The notes beneath the pieces are model-generated. The model saw only the letters and a list, made by a program, of their open reading frames with translations, was not told the origin of the DNA and made no database searches. Shown here in pieces: positions 19,456 to 29,006 of a stretch of DNA of 64,000 nucleotides. Each line of letters starts with the position of its first letter. Within the stretch, counting starts at the first letter, position 1. The position numbers and the translations under genes are program-made. The stretch is taken from positions 15,266 through 79,265 of the forward strand of contig CAZLFA010000007.1 of NCBI GenBank assembly GCA_964558665.1. The letters are read 5' to 3'. This DNA is from an uncultured Syntrophaceae bacterium. GTDB lineage: Bacteria > Desulfobacterota > Syntrophia > Syntrophales > PHBD01.

Positions 19456-20286
19456 ATGACGACAAAAAGGACTATTTTTTTCATCTCGGACAGTACGGCC
19501 ATCACCGTACAGACGTTGGGACAGAGCCTGCTCACGCAGTTTGAACATATTGAGTTTGAGCAGATCACGCTTCCTTTTGTCGACAGCATGGTCAAGGCTG
19601 ACAACGCCGTTTTGAGGATCAACAGAAAGGTTCAGGAAACAGGCATAAGCCCGCTGGTCTTCAGCACTCTGGTCGATCCTGAAATCAGGCAGAAAATCAT
19701 GAACAGCAACGGTGTTGTTTTTGATTTCATCGACACCTTCATCAGCCGGCTGGAAAACGTCCTGAGCGTTCAGTCGTCGCACACCATCGGGCGTTTCCAT
19801 GGCCTCGTGAACGACAGTGCCTATAACATAAGGATCGATGCGGTCAACTATGCCCTTGGTCATGATGACGGCATCATGACCAAGAACTATAATCGCGCTG
19901 ATGTGATACTAATCGGCGTATCACGTGCCGGGAAGACTCCCACCTGCATCTATATGGGCATGCAGTTTGGCATATATGCCGCCAACTATCCTCTCACCGA
20001 AGAAGATTTTTTCAGTAAGGACAAGAAAATATCGTCAGTTCTTGCCCCTTTTCGCAAAAAATTGTTCGGCCTCACAATCAATCCGGACCGGCTGCAGAAG
20101 ATAAGGGCGGAAAGACGGCCGGATTCAAGATATTCATCACTTACGCAATGCCAGAAAGAAATAATGATGGCGGAATCTTTCTTTGAATCGGAAGACATAC
20201 CCTTTATCAACATCACATTGATGTCGGTTGAGGAGATAGCCGCTACTATCATGCACAGTAATAAACTGGAGCGCCGCGCGGTCTGA
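19456..20286 (+). CDS. ppsR: Pyruvate, water dikinase regulatory protein (PEP synthase kinase/phosphorylase, DUF299)
   Basis: FFISDSTAITVQTLGQSLL..., VILIGVSRAGKTPTCIYMGMQFGIYAANYPL and KLFGLTINPDRLQKIRAERR closely parallel E. coli PpsR (YdiA). The ATG at 19456 is preferred over the upstream 19435 start. Confidence 0.9.
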   Translation: MTTKRTIFFISDSTAITVQTLGQSLLTQFEHIEFEQITLPFVDSMVKADNAVLRINRKVQETGISPLVFSTLVDPEIRQKIMNSNGVVFDFIDTFISRLENVLSVQSSHTIGRFHGLVNDSAYNIRIDAVNYALGHDDGIMTKNYNRADVILIGVSRAGKTPTCIYMGMQFGIYAANYPLTEEDFFSKDKKISSVLAPFRKKLFGLTINPDRLQKIRAERRPDSRYSSLTQCQKEIMMAESFFESEDIPFINITLMSVEEIAATIMHSNKLERRAV

Positions 20287-20382
20287 CAGGTTATGAACTG
20301 TCATAAATATCTGTTGAGAATCGCTTTCTTTTTTGTTAACAAACCTTCCGCCTCTTGGGGCAGGTGACCCGGGTTTTGGAAA

Positions 20383-20991
20383 TTGCAAAAGAAAATCAAG
20401 CATATATTTTTGACCGGCCTTGCAGTGACGATCCCTGCAGGGGTGACAATTTATATCCTCTTTTTTCTTGTCAACCTTATGGACAGCCTGCTTCGGGTCA
20501 TCCCCTCTGCTTATCACCCGGATAATCTGCTGAGATTTCATGTTCCGGGACTGGGCGTCATTTTTACGCTGTTTCTGATCTTCATTTGCGGTCTGGTGAC
20601 GAAAAGCTATTTCGGAAGGAAGGCGGTTTCAGCAGGAGAGATGATTCTTCAAAAAATACCGGTGGTCAGCAGTATCTACAAGGCTGCCAAGCAGGTTGTG
20701 GACGCGGTATTTACAGCCCGGGGACAGAACTTCAAAAAGGTTGTTCTTGTGGAATATCCCGGTAAAGGCATGTATGCGATTGGATTCTTTACAGGAATGA
20801 TGGAGGATGCTGTTCGGGATAAGTTAGAAGGGAGATGGGCATGTGTCTTTATGCCGACAACCCCTAATCCAACCTCCGGCTATTTTATCATGGTAAGGGA
20901 AGAAGACATGATAACCATGGATATATCGGTAGAAGAGGCCTTTACTTCGATCATCTCATGCGGTATAGTCCAGCCCGCCAAGAGAGAGTGA
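20383..20991 (+). CDS. DUF502-family membrane protein
   Basis: IFLTGLAVTIPAGVTIYILFFLVNLMDSLL plus PTTPNPTSGYFIMV, typical of DUF502. TTG start. Confidence 0.75.
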   Translation: MQKKIKHIFLTGLAVTIPAGVTIYILFFLVNLMDSLLRVIPSAYHPDNLLRFHVPGLGVIFTLFLIFICGLVTKSYFGRKAVSAGEMILQKIPVVSSIYKAAKQVVDAVFTARGQNFKKVVLVEYPGKGMYAIGFFTGMMEDAVRDKLEGRWACVFMPTTPNPTSGYFIMVREEDMITMDISVEEAFTSIISCGIVQPAKRE

Positions 20992-21066
20992 TGTCATGTC
21001 CCCGCTTTCCGGCGGCGGGCTATATAATGGAGAGAATAAAAAATTGATCATTAAGGAGAATGAAAC

Positions 21067-22239
21067 ATGAGGATCACATCTGAAGGCGTTAAGGTAGGTC
21101 ATCCTGACATAGTGGCCGATTGCATTGCGGCAAACATCATTGCTGAAATCATCGACCGGGAACTTAAAAAAGGTATGACCATTGACACCATGCCCCACTG
21201 CGGTCTCGAAGTTTTTTTAGGAAAAGGCGTTTGTGTAGTCGGTGGCGAGGTTTCGACGAGGGTTTACATTGACATTGAGAAGTGTGTCAGAAAAACGGTA
21301 TTGTCCATAGGCTATAAAGAATCGGCTCTTGGCTTGAACGGAGACTCAATGGGTGTTTTAAATGCCATTATTCCTCAATCCCCGGATATTAATATCGGTA
21401 CGAGAGCCGATATGGGAAAATACAAGGAAATAGGCGCAGGCGATCAGGGTATCATGTATGGATTCGCATGTGACGAAACACCTGAACTGCTTCCCCTGCC
21501 TTATGTTCTGGTGACAAGACTGATGCGTACCTTCGAGAATTGTGGAAATCCGATATTTGCTCCGGATGGAAAAGGGCAGGTGACAGTGGAATACGTGGAC
21601 GGCGTGCCAAAGAGAGTGCCGACGGTTTTAATGTCAAATGCCATTGATTACCGGAAGGTTCCGGACAGTTCGAGGGACAGTGTTGAAAGGCATGCCAAAG
21701 AGATTGCCTGGGAATGCCTTAACGGCTGGGTGGACAAGGATACGGAGTTCCTTTTTAATCCGACAGGCGAATGGCAGTCTGTAAACTCCTGCAGTGCCGC
21801 CGACTCAGGAGTAACCGGGCGCAAACTGGTTGTGCAGTTATACGGCGGATATCCGGGCGCGCAATTGGGCGGCGGAGCCGTCGTTAACAAGTCGCCGGAG
21901 AAAGTGGACTGTACGGCGGCATTCGGCGTAAGGCATGTTGCCAAGAATATAGTTGCCGCAGGATTCGCTAAAAAGTGTTCCGTGCAGTTGGCTTACGCCA
22001 TAGGTATGGCTCACCCGATTTCGATCTATGTTAATACATTCGGTACGGGCAAGGTTGATGATGAGAAGATTGCGAAAGCCGTCAATGAGCTTTTTGATCT
22101 CACCCCGAGAGGCATGATAGAAAAGTTCAATATGTTAAGAGGAGATATTTACAGAAAAATTCCCAAGACGCTTTTCCTTGACGATTATCCCTGGGAAAAG
22201 ACGGACATGGTTGATGCCCTGACGAAATCACTGTCATAA
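21067..22239 (+). CDS. metK: S-adenosylmethionine synthase (divergent clade)
   Basis: GHPDIVAD, GAGDQGIMYG, SGVTGRKLVV and GGGAVVNKSPEKVDCTAAF align with the MetK motifs GHPDK, GAGDQG, TGRK and GGGAFSGKDxSKVDRS. A TATAAT box at about 21033 precedes it. Confidence 0.85.
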   Translation: MRITSEGVKVGHPDIVADCIAANIIAEIIDRELKKGMTIDTMPHCGLEVFLGKGVCVVGGEVSTRVYIDIEKCVRKTVLSIGYKESALGLNGDSMGVLNAIIPQSPDINIGTRADMGKYKEIGAGDQGIMYGFACDETPELLPLPYVLVTRLMRTFENCGNPIFAPDGKGQVTVEYVDGVPKRVPTVLMSNAIDYRKVPDSSRDSVERHAKEIAWECLNGWVDKDTEFLFNPTGEWQSVNSCSAADSGVTGRKLVVQLYGGYPGAQLGGGAVVNKSPEKVDCTAAFGVRHVAKNIVAAGFAKKCSVQLAYAIGMAHPISIYVNTFGTGKVDDEKIAKAVNELFDLTPRGMIEKFNMLRGDIYRKIPKTLFLDDYPWEKTDMVDALTKSLS

Positions 22240-22248
22240 GGAGATGCA

Positions 22249-23673
22249 ATGTCATTTACAGAAATTGATAAAAAGCTGAAGTATAAAGTAGCGGACCTTT
22301 CGCTTGCCGAATGGGGGCGCAAGGAGATGCAACTCGCGGAAAACGAGATGCCTGGATTGATGGCGGTGCGCAGGAAGTACGGCCCGAAGAAACCTCTGAA
22401 AGGGCTTAAAATCATGGGCAGCCTGCATATGACGATTCAGACGGCCATGCTTATTGAGACCCTGCGAGCGCTTGGCGCCGATTTACGCTGGGCATCCTGC
22501 AATATTTTTTCCACGCAGGATCATGCAGCGGCAGCCATCGCCAAGGCGGGGACAGCTGCGGTATTTGCATGGAAAGGTGAGACTCTGGAGGAATACTGGT
22601 GGTGCACGGAACAGGCTCTGACATGGCCGGACGGATCTGGACCCGATCTGATTGTCGACGACGGTGGCGACGCAACGCTTTTTGTCCATCAGGGCGTCAA
22701 GGTGGAAAAAGATCCTTCTATTCTGGATCAGCCGTGCAGCAATAAGGAATTTCAGATAGTGACGGATCGTCTGAGAATGAGTCTGAAGCGCTCCTCCAAA
22801 CACTGGAGAAGCGTTGCGGCAAAGATCAGAGGTGTGTCTGAGGAAACAACAACCGGCGTGCACCGCCTTTATCAGATGTCGTCGGCGGGAGAGCTTCTCT
22901 TTCCCGCAATCAATGTCAACGATTCAGTCACAAAATCCAAATTCGACAATCTTTACGGATGCAGGGAATCACTGGCTGACGGGATTAAACGGGCAACCGA
23001 CGTAATGGTGGCAGGCAAGGTAGTCATTGTCTGCGGTTACGGAGATGTCGGAAAAGGAAGCGCACAGTCCATGCGCGGTTTCGGGGCACGGGTTATTGTC
23101 ACGGAAATCGATCCTATCTGCGCCCTCCAGGCCGCCATGGAAGGATATGAAGTTGCTACTCTGGACGAGGCCGTTGCGGAGGGAGATATAGTTGTTACGG
23201 CAACCGGTTGCTGCAACGTCATTACCGGCAGACACATGGAGCAGATGAAAGACGAGGCTATTGTCTGCAACATCGGCCATTTCGACAGCGAGATAGAAAT
23301 GAGCTATCTGGAGACAACCAGAGGATGTAAAAAGGAAGTAATCAAACCCCAGGTTGACAAATGGACCCTCAAATCGGGGCGCTCCATTATCGTTCTGGCC
23401 GAAGGTAGGCTGGTGAATCTGGGGTGCGCTACAGGCCATCCCAGCTTCGTGATGAGCAACAGTTTTACAAACCAGTGTCTGGCGCAGATGGAGTTGGCAG
23501 TGACAAAAATGAAGCCGGGAGTGTATACGCTGCCCAAAAAGCTTGATGAAGAAGTGGCGAGGCTTCATCTTGAAAGACTCGGCGTCAAACTGACAAAGCT
23601 TACAAAAAAGCAGGCCGAGTACCTGGGAATATCCGTGGAAGGGCCGTTCAAACCGGAGCATTATCGTTACTGA
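22249..23673 (+). CDS. ahcY: Adenosylhomocysteinase
   Basis: 474 aa. [27 protein letters not shown] and the NAD-binding [13 protein letters not shown]; lies 9 nt after metK. Confidence 0.95.
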   Translation: MSFTEIDKKLKYKVADLSLAEWGRKEMQLAENEMPGLMAVRRKYGPKKPLKGLKIMGSLHMTIQTAMLIETLRALGADLRWASCNIFSTQDHAAAAIAKAGTAAVFAWKGETLEEYWWCTEQALTWPDGSGPDLIVDDGGDATLFVHQGVKVEKDPSILDQPCSNKEFQIVTDRLRMSLKRSSKHWRSVAAKIRGVSEETTTGVHRLYQMSSAGELLFPAINVNDSVTKSKFDNLYGCRESLADGIKRATDVMVAGKVVIVCGYGDVGKGSAQSMRGFGARVIVTEIDPICALQAAMEGYEVATLDEAVAEGDIVVTATGCCNVITGRHMEQMKDEAIVCNIGHFDSEIEMSYLETTRGCKKEVIKPQVDKWTLKSGRSIIVLAEGRLVNLGCATGHPSFVMSNSFTNQCLAQMELAVTKMKPGVYTLPKKLDEEVARLHLERLGVKLTKLTKKQAEYLGISVEGPFKPEHYRY

Positions 23674-23691
23674 TGTAAAAGCGCTCAATTA

Positions 23692-23862
23692 TTAAACCCG
23701 GATTACACAATAAAAAAAGTAATGCCTTATGGCATCGTGGTCAAAGGGGCTTTCCGCGGCTCAGAATATTTTTCACAAGAAAAATATTTGATTCGCCGCT
23801 TGAAAGCCTCTTTGACCGTGATAATATTGCCTATATGTTCTTGAACAGTCCGGGTTTAAATC
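23692..23862. repeat. Intergenic hairpin repeat, copy A (core 23702-23828)
   Basis: The core is about 88% identical by hand alignment to the reverse complement of 57928-58053. It contains the imperfect palindrome caaaggggctttccgcggctcagaatattttt/aaaaatatttgattcgccgcttgaaagcctctttg and an outer inverted repeat ttaaacccgg...ccgggtttaa. Confidence 0.85.
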
Positions 23863-23886
23863 GAAAACTGCCTGCCTTTTAATTTG

Positions 23887-25116
23887 TCATTCGGGAGGTT
23901 TGCCGGTATCGCCGTCAACAACACAGCCTCTATTGCCTTTGTGCCTGCCGATGCTTTTCGATTTTGCAGTCAGATATTCCATGAATGATTGAAGCGGAAG
24001 AGGTTTTTCCTTGGCCTTCATGATGAAGAGATACGCGCCGAGGATGCCAAAAATAAGGTTGGGCGCCCATGTGCCGGCGGCGGGAGGAATTTTTCCCATC
24101 TCGGCAAGCGCTTCTCCTCCTATCTGAATCAGGTAGTAGGCCAGGACTATGATAAAGCCGATAATAAATCCCCTTGATCTGACGGAGCGCTGTGCTGTTA
24201 TGGCAAGGGGGAGACCGATGATCCCGAAAAAGATGCACGACAGCGGTACAGTCATCTTCTTGTTCAGCTCTATGGCCAGCTCCCTTACGACGCTGTCCTC
24301 AAGCCCCTTCTTGCCGATCTGAGAGATCAGCTCAAAAACGCTCATCTCTGTGCTTGATTTTGTCTTTGCCTTCATTTCATCGGCTACGGAAGACTCGATA
24401 TCGAGCAGGACATCGTAAGTGCCGAAGTCCATTTTCCGATAATACTTTAAATTGGCATCGACGACATGAGAGCTGCCGTTTTCCAGCCTGAGCGTTATGG
24501 TCATTCTCTTTGGATCGGAAATAAGGTAGGCTTTCTGTGCGATAACCGTGCTCGGCTCCTTGATCATCCTGCTGTCATTGATAAGGACGCCTTCCAGAAA
24601 CTCTCCTTTGGAAGGGATTCTGTCCGCGTATATGAGGATTCCCTTAAAATCGTCGTTGAATACCTTCTCTTTGATGCCCACGCTGGCTTTCTCTTTTACA
24701 ATATTGAAGATGAGTTTTTTTGTTGCAAAATTGCCCCCCGGAACGAGAAAAAAACTGACCAGTGCAGTCATCAGGAAGGCAAGCAGAGATACAAACAGCA
24801 CGGGTTTTGAAAGCTGATAAAGGCTCACCCCCGAAGCCTTCAGAACCGTTATCTCGTTGTCTCCTGAGAGCCTCCCCATACCCATAAGGACGGATATGAG
24901 AAGTGATATGGGGATGGTAAAGATAAGAAAAGAAGGCATCAGAAAGGTAATCAGTTTTGCAATATCAAAGATACTGACTCCCTTGTTGACCATTAAGTCC
25001 ATCAACTGCACAATCTTGCCCATGAGCAGGACAAAGGTCAGGATGCACAGAATCATTCCGAAAGGGACGGCAATTTCCCTGAGTATATATAGATTGATTG
25101 TCTTGCGTCTATTCAT
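23887..25116 (-). CDS. LptF/LptG-family LPS export permease (YjgP/YjgQ)
   Basis: INLYILREIAVPFGMILCILTFVLLMGKIVQL N-terminus, six predicted TM segments with a central periplasmic domain; 409 aa. Confidence 0.8.
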   Translation of the reverse strand: MNRRKTINLYILREIAVPFGMILCILTFVLLMGKIVQLMDLMVNKGVSIFDIAKLITFLMPSFLIFTIPISLLISVLMGMGRLSGDNEITVLKASGVSLYQLSKPVLFVSLLAFLMTALVSFFLVPGGNFATKKLIFNIVKEKASVGIKEKVFNDDFKGILIYADRIPSKGEFLEGVLINDSRMIKEPSTVIAQKAYLISDPKRMTITLRLENGSSHVVDANLKYYRKMDFGTYDVLLDIESSVADEMKAKTKSSTEMSVFELISQIGKKGLEDSVVRELAIELNKKMTVPLSCIFFGIIGLPLAITAQRSVRSRGFIIGFIIVLAYYLIQIGGEALAEMGKIPPAAGTWAPNLIFGILGAYLFIMKAKEKPLPLQSFMEYLTAKSKSIGRHKGNRGCVVDGDTGKPPE

Positions 25117-25125
25117 GCAAAGTAT

Positions 25126-25842
25126 TCACATAAGCAGCTTAAGTGAATCTATGTAGTAGGGGTCTTCTTTCTCAATGGCGGCAATGATCTCCTTGTTGAA
25201 GCGTTTTTTCATTTCTCCGTAAACGGGGCGCTTCTTGTTGAATGTCCCGGCAAATGCCAGTGTCTCTTTAAGAAGAGCTTCTTCATTGTCGCAGGCTTTG
25301 AAGATTACATGATGGGTTTCTAGTTCAGCCGCGCCGATCCTTTTGCCTGTAAAGACCGCTTCTTCCAGCTTGTAATAAGGGAAAGCCTTTTTAATGATGG
25401 CCTGCATGCCGGGCAGGAAAGGGATGCTGACGTCGATCTCCGGAAAACAGAAGAAACCGCGATCCGCCTTCATGAAACGGAAGTCGCAGGCGCAGGCCAG
25501 GATGCTTCCGGCGCCGAAGGCATGTCCGTTAATCGCGGCGATGACCGGCATCGGATACAGGAGAATTCTCTTGTAGATTTTGTTGAGGCCGTACATGAAA
25601 TCCTTTATCGACTGCCGGTCTTTATTAGCGTATGCGGTGGTGATCCATTGCAGGTCGATCCCCTGCGACCAGTTTTTGGGGTCTGATGATATAATAATGG
25701 CGGATGAAATTGTTTCATCAGCTTCAATTTCATCAAATGCATCAAGCATGGCCTTTACAAAGTCGGGATTATGCCTGTTCTCTCCGTTGGTCATTGTTAT
25801 GACAGCCGCTGTTCCTTCTTTCTTCCAGTTTAAAATCGACAT
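25126..25842 (-). CDS. Enoyl-CoA hydratase/isomerase (crotonase) family protein
   Basis: 238 aa. PVIAAINGHAFGAGSILACACDFRFM is the oxyanion-hole region typical of crotonases. Confidence 0.8.
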   Translation of the reverse strand: MSILNWKKEGTAAVITMTNGENRHNPDFVKAMLDAFDEIEADETISSAIIISSDPKNWSQGIDLQWITTAYANKDRQSIKDFMYGLNKIYKRILLYPMPVIAAINGHAFGAGSILACACDFRFMKADRGFFCFPEIDVSIPFLPGMQAIIKKAFPYYKLEEAVFTGKRIGAAELETHHVIFKACDNEEALLKETLAFAGTFNKKRPVYGEMKKRFNKEIIAAIEKEDPYYIDSLKLLM

Positions 25843-26037
25843 TTCATCCTCCTGTGCAACTTAATTTACTGATTATTATATAACAATAGAGTCCTTGTCA
25901 ACCAATTAAGGGGATACGGACTTATGGCGCGCAGTGTCATTTGTCATGGACGATTTATGAAAAAAACGTTAGATAGTGTCCCGTAGGGAACCCGGATGCT
26001 TAAACTTCATGTTTTCTTATTGGAACTTTTGACGTTT

Positions 26038-26149
26038 GCGCAAAGGGTTTGCAGGCGGCGAATCAAATATTTTTTCATCAGGCAGGGTCTGGGGAATGAC
26101 TACAACTTCCATCGAAAAAATAGTCTGAGACGCGGAAAACTCTTTGCGC
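26038..26149. repeat. Intergenic hairpin repeat, copy B (degenerate, with a loop insertion)
   Basis: The arms gcgcaaagggtttgcaggcggcgaatcaaatatttttt and aaaaaatagtctgagacgcggaaaactctttgcgc match the arms of copies A and C. About 40 nt of unrelated sequence lies between them. Confidence 0.7.
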
Positions 26150-26246
26150 ATAGACAATACCGCAGATCGGCACAGCCGGAGCGGAAAAAACCCTTTTCCT
26201 AATGGAAACTTGAAGGAAAACAATACGAGAATGGAAAGGCAGTAAC

Positions 26247-27176
26247 ATGAAAAAATTACTCTGGTTCGGCGCCGGTTTCATAGTTGTCCTTTTGACCCTG
26301 CTGTATTTTATTGCCCCTGCCCCTCTGTTGGAACAGGCAAAGAATGCAGAAAGAAGCTCGGCAGGTCTTTACAAGCACGTAATTGACGCAGGCGATCACC
26401 GCGTCACTTATCTGGAAGGCGGAAAAGGCGATGCCGTCATTCTCCTTCATGGATTCGGGGGCGACAAGGATAACTGGACCCGCTTTGCCGGAGGACTGAC
26501 CCGGGATTACCGGGTGGTGATACCTGATCTGCCGGGTTTCGGGGAAAGCACAAAAATAATGTCTGCGCACTATGATATCGAAAATCAGGTTGAGCGGCTG
26601 AACAGGTTTGTTGAAGCGATGAAGCTGGACAGGTTTCATTTGGCGGGAAATTCAATGGGCGGAACGGTTGCAGCCGTTTATGCGGTTAAGTATCCTCAGA
26701 GAATAACAACTTTATCCCTGCTTGCGCCGGCAGGTGTGAACTCCCCGAAAAAAAGCGAGGTGATGAAGATGCTGGAGCGGGGCATAAACCCTCTCATGAT
26801 AGGAAATCGCGATGATTTCGACCGGCTGTTCAGCCTGCTGTTCGTTAAACCGCCTGAGATGCCGGGCCGGTTTAAGGATATTCTGGCCGGGCAGGCGATT
26901 GCCAACAGGTCTTTCAATGAAAAGGTCTGGAATGAACTTGTCGCTTCAAAACTATCTCTGGAACCATTCTTGCCGCAGATACAGGCTCCGGTTCTTGTTG
27001 TCTGGGGCAGCCGGGATATGATTCTGGATGTTTCATCGGTTCAGGTGTTTGAAAGAGTTCTTAAAAAGAGGCAGACGATAATCATGGATGAGACCGGCCA
27101 CGTGCCCATGCTGGAAAAACCAAAAGAAACTGCGGCACTGCTTAACGATTTCATCAGAAAAACAGGGAGCCGCTGA
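26247..27176 (+). CDS. Alpha/beta-fold hydrolase with N-terminal membrane anchor
   Basis: N-terminal TM segment (LLWFGAGFIVVLLTLLYFI), HGFGG oxyanion motif and the nucleophile elbow GNSMGG. Confidence 0.8.
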   Translation: MKKLLWFGAGFIVVLLTLLYFIAPAPLLEQAKNAERSSAGLYKHVIDAGDHRVTYLEGGKGDAVILLHGFGGDKDNWTRFAGGLTRDYRVVIPDLPGFGESTKIMSAHYDIENQVERLNRFVEAMKLDRFHLAGNSMGGTVAAVYAVKYPQRITTLSLLAPAGVNSPKKSEVMKMLERGINPLMIGNRDDFDRLFSLLFVKPPEMPGRFKDILAGQAIANRSFNEKVWNELVASKLSLEPFLPQIQAPVLVVWGSRDMILDVSSVQVFERVLKKRQTIIMDETGHVPMLEKPKETAALLNDFIRKTGSR

Positions 27177-27303
27177 ATTACTGTACGGCGATTCCGCTGA
27201 AATCTTTCCATTATCACCGTTTTTCCTATTCGGATTAATCAGTTGACAAATTATCGTCATATGTGGATATGATGCCCGGATATTCACTATTGTTTGAGGG
27301 GGA

Positions 27304-29001
27304 ATGCTTTTTTTGGGCAGGATAGCTAATAAAAAATTCATCGTGCTGTTTCTTGTTCCCGCCGTTCTTTACATCGGGCTTATCTCTTATATGCCTTTAA
27401 TGGAGCCGGATGAAAGCCGCTACAGCCTGATTCCCAGGACGATGAACGTGACGGGGGACTATGTCACCCCTCACCTGAAAGATGTCGTGTATATTGAAAA
27501 GCCGCCTTTATGTTATTGGGCAACGGCTATGGCCTTCAGGATTTTTGGAGAGAATGAATTCTCCTCGCGTCTCTTTGCCGCTCTGTGCGCGTGGGGCTGC
27601 ATATTGCTGGCATATCAGATGGGGATGTACTTCCATGATGAAAAGACGGGTCTCTATTCAGCCGCTGTTTTGTCCACATGCATCTTTCACGTTACTGTAG
27701 GCCGCATTAACATCCTTGACATGCCTCTTGCCTTTTTCCTATGTCTTGCCGTCTGGTCCGGTTACCGGCATTTTTCCGACGGGATGCGGGGCAGAAAATG
27801 GATATACGGTTTTTATCTTTTCTGTGCATTGGCTTTTTTGACAAAGGGACTGATCGGCATCGTCCTGCCCTCCTCAGTTATCTTCATCTGGCTTCTCGTA
27901 TCCCGCCGCTGGCGGGACGTGCTGAGGATGTTCTCTCCTGTCGGAGCGGCTATATTTCTGGCGGTAAGCCTTCCCTGGCTGCTTCTCATCCAGAAGGCCA
28001 ATCCCGACTTCTTCTGGTTTTTCTTTGTCCGTGAGCATTTCCTGAGATACACGACCAGCGTGCACAGCAGATATGAGCCTTTCTATTTTTTCATACCCGT
28101 TCTGGTGGGAGGCGTAATACCATGGCTTGGGTTTCTGTACCAGGCAGGGCGGGGTATCGGCAGCAGGTTAAAAACCATCTTCAGCGCAGAAGAAAAAAGG
28201 ATACTGATTACATGGATAGCCTTCATATTTGTGTTCTTCTCCATCTCCTCCTCGAAGCTGATACCCTACATTGCCCCGCTTTTCGTTCCGCTGGCCGTCC
28301 TTCTGGGTCACTTTTTCCGTACATATGAGGACCTTCATGAGAACCCTTCCGGCATTACCCGCCCGGGAACGGCTGACTATGTCCCGATTGCCGTGCAGAC
28401 GATGCTCTTTATCGCCCTGGCAATTGCACCGGTCTTTCTTCCCAAAAACACCATGGCCTTTACGGACTGGTGGCCGTGGATAGCGGTTCCCGTCATACTC
28501 CAGGCCGGTTTGGCCTTAATACCCGAGTATTTCCGGAAGCGGAACGGCGCGGGCTGGTTCGCAGGGATCTATGTGATCACTTCTCTGTTCATCATATCCA
28601 TGACGTTCCCCATATCGCATTATCTTACGCCGTTTAAATCGGCATATCCCATGGTGCAGGCGATCAAAAAGCACATCCCGGAAGGAAAACAGATATATCT
28701 GTATAATGAGATCATTTACGGCATCGACTTTTATGCAAAGATGCGGACACCGCTGGTTGACGATATCGGCGAGTTGGTATACGGAGTGGAGCGGATGCCT
28801 GTCGAGGAGAGAAAACGCTATTTCATCTACTCGTTGGATCTGTTTAACCTTTATCGCGAGGGAAAGGAACTGTTTCTGGCGACTGAAGGGAGAAACAACA
28901 TAGCAAGACTGAAGCAGGAAGCGCCGGACATGCAGATATTGTGGACTAACGGAAACTATTACCTGATCCGCCTGAAAAAGGTCATCGGTAATCAAGGGTG
29001 A
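27304..29001 (+). CDS. arnT: 4-amino-4-deoxy-L-arabinose (Ara4N) lipid A transferase-like glycosyltransferase (GT83/GT39 fold)
   Basis: PLMEPDESRYSLIPRTMNVTGDYVTPHL...YIEKPPLCYW parallels the ArnT DETRYAEISREM...YFEKP region. Multi-pass membrane protein of 565 aa, first gene of an arn block. Confidence 0.8.
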   Translation: MLFLGRIANKKFIVLFLVPAVLYIGLISYMPLMEPDESRYSLIPRTMNVTGDYVTPHLKDVVYIEKPPLCYWATAMAFRIFGENEFSSRLFAALCAWGCILLAYQMGMYFHDEKTGLYSAAVLSTCIFHVTVGRINILDMPLAFFLCLAVWSGYRHFSDGMRGRKWIYGFYLFCALAFLTKGLIGIVLPSSVIFIWLLVSRRWRDVLRMFSPVGAAIFLAVSLPWLLLIQKANPDFFWFFFVREHFLRYTTSVHSRYEPFYFFIPVLVGGVIPWLGFLYQAGRGIGSRLKTIFSAEEKRILITWIAFIFVFFSISSSKLIPYIAPLFVPLAVLLGHFFRTYEDLHENPSGITRPGTADYVPIAVQTMLFIALAIAPVFLPKNTMAFTDWWPWIAVPVILQAGLALIPEYFRKRNGAGWFAGIYVITSLFIISMTFPISHYLTPFKSAYPMVQAIKKHIPEGKQIYLYNEIIYGIDFYAKMRTPLVDDIGELVYGVERMPVEERKRYFIYSLDLFNLYREGKELFLATEGRNNIARLKQEAPDMQILWTNGNYYLIRLKKVIGNQG

Positions 29002-29006
29002 AAAGC

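Noticed and set aside
21067-22239. Divergent MetK as a possible non-canonical paralogue.
   Set aside because: Although clearly distant from E. coli MetK (GHPDI for GHPDK, NKSPEK for GKDPSK), the catalytic Asp/Lys/Arg positions I can align are retained. It sits in the classic metK-ahcY pair, so I treat it as the functional SAM synthase.
20992-22248. A SAM or SAH riboswitch upstream of metK or ahcY.
   Set aside because: Only about 75 nt precede metK and 9 nt precede ahcY. That is too short, and it lacks the conserved SAM-I/SAH helices. Only a small hairpin and a TATAAT box are visible.
25996-26281. Three overlapping 67-68-aa ORFs (25996..26202 +, 26017..26223 -, 26078..26281 -) in the 400-bp gap.
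   Set aside because: They run through the palindromic repeat copy B on both strands, have no Shine-Dalgarno sequence, and have basic low-complexity translations. The repeat explains them better.
27243-27273. A sigma-70 promoter for the arn operon (TTGACA at 27243-48).
   Set aside because: The -35 is perfect, but the best -10 candidates are GATATG at 17-nt spacing or TATGAT at 19-nt spacing. Neither is convincing, so I left it unannotated pending TSS data.
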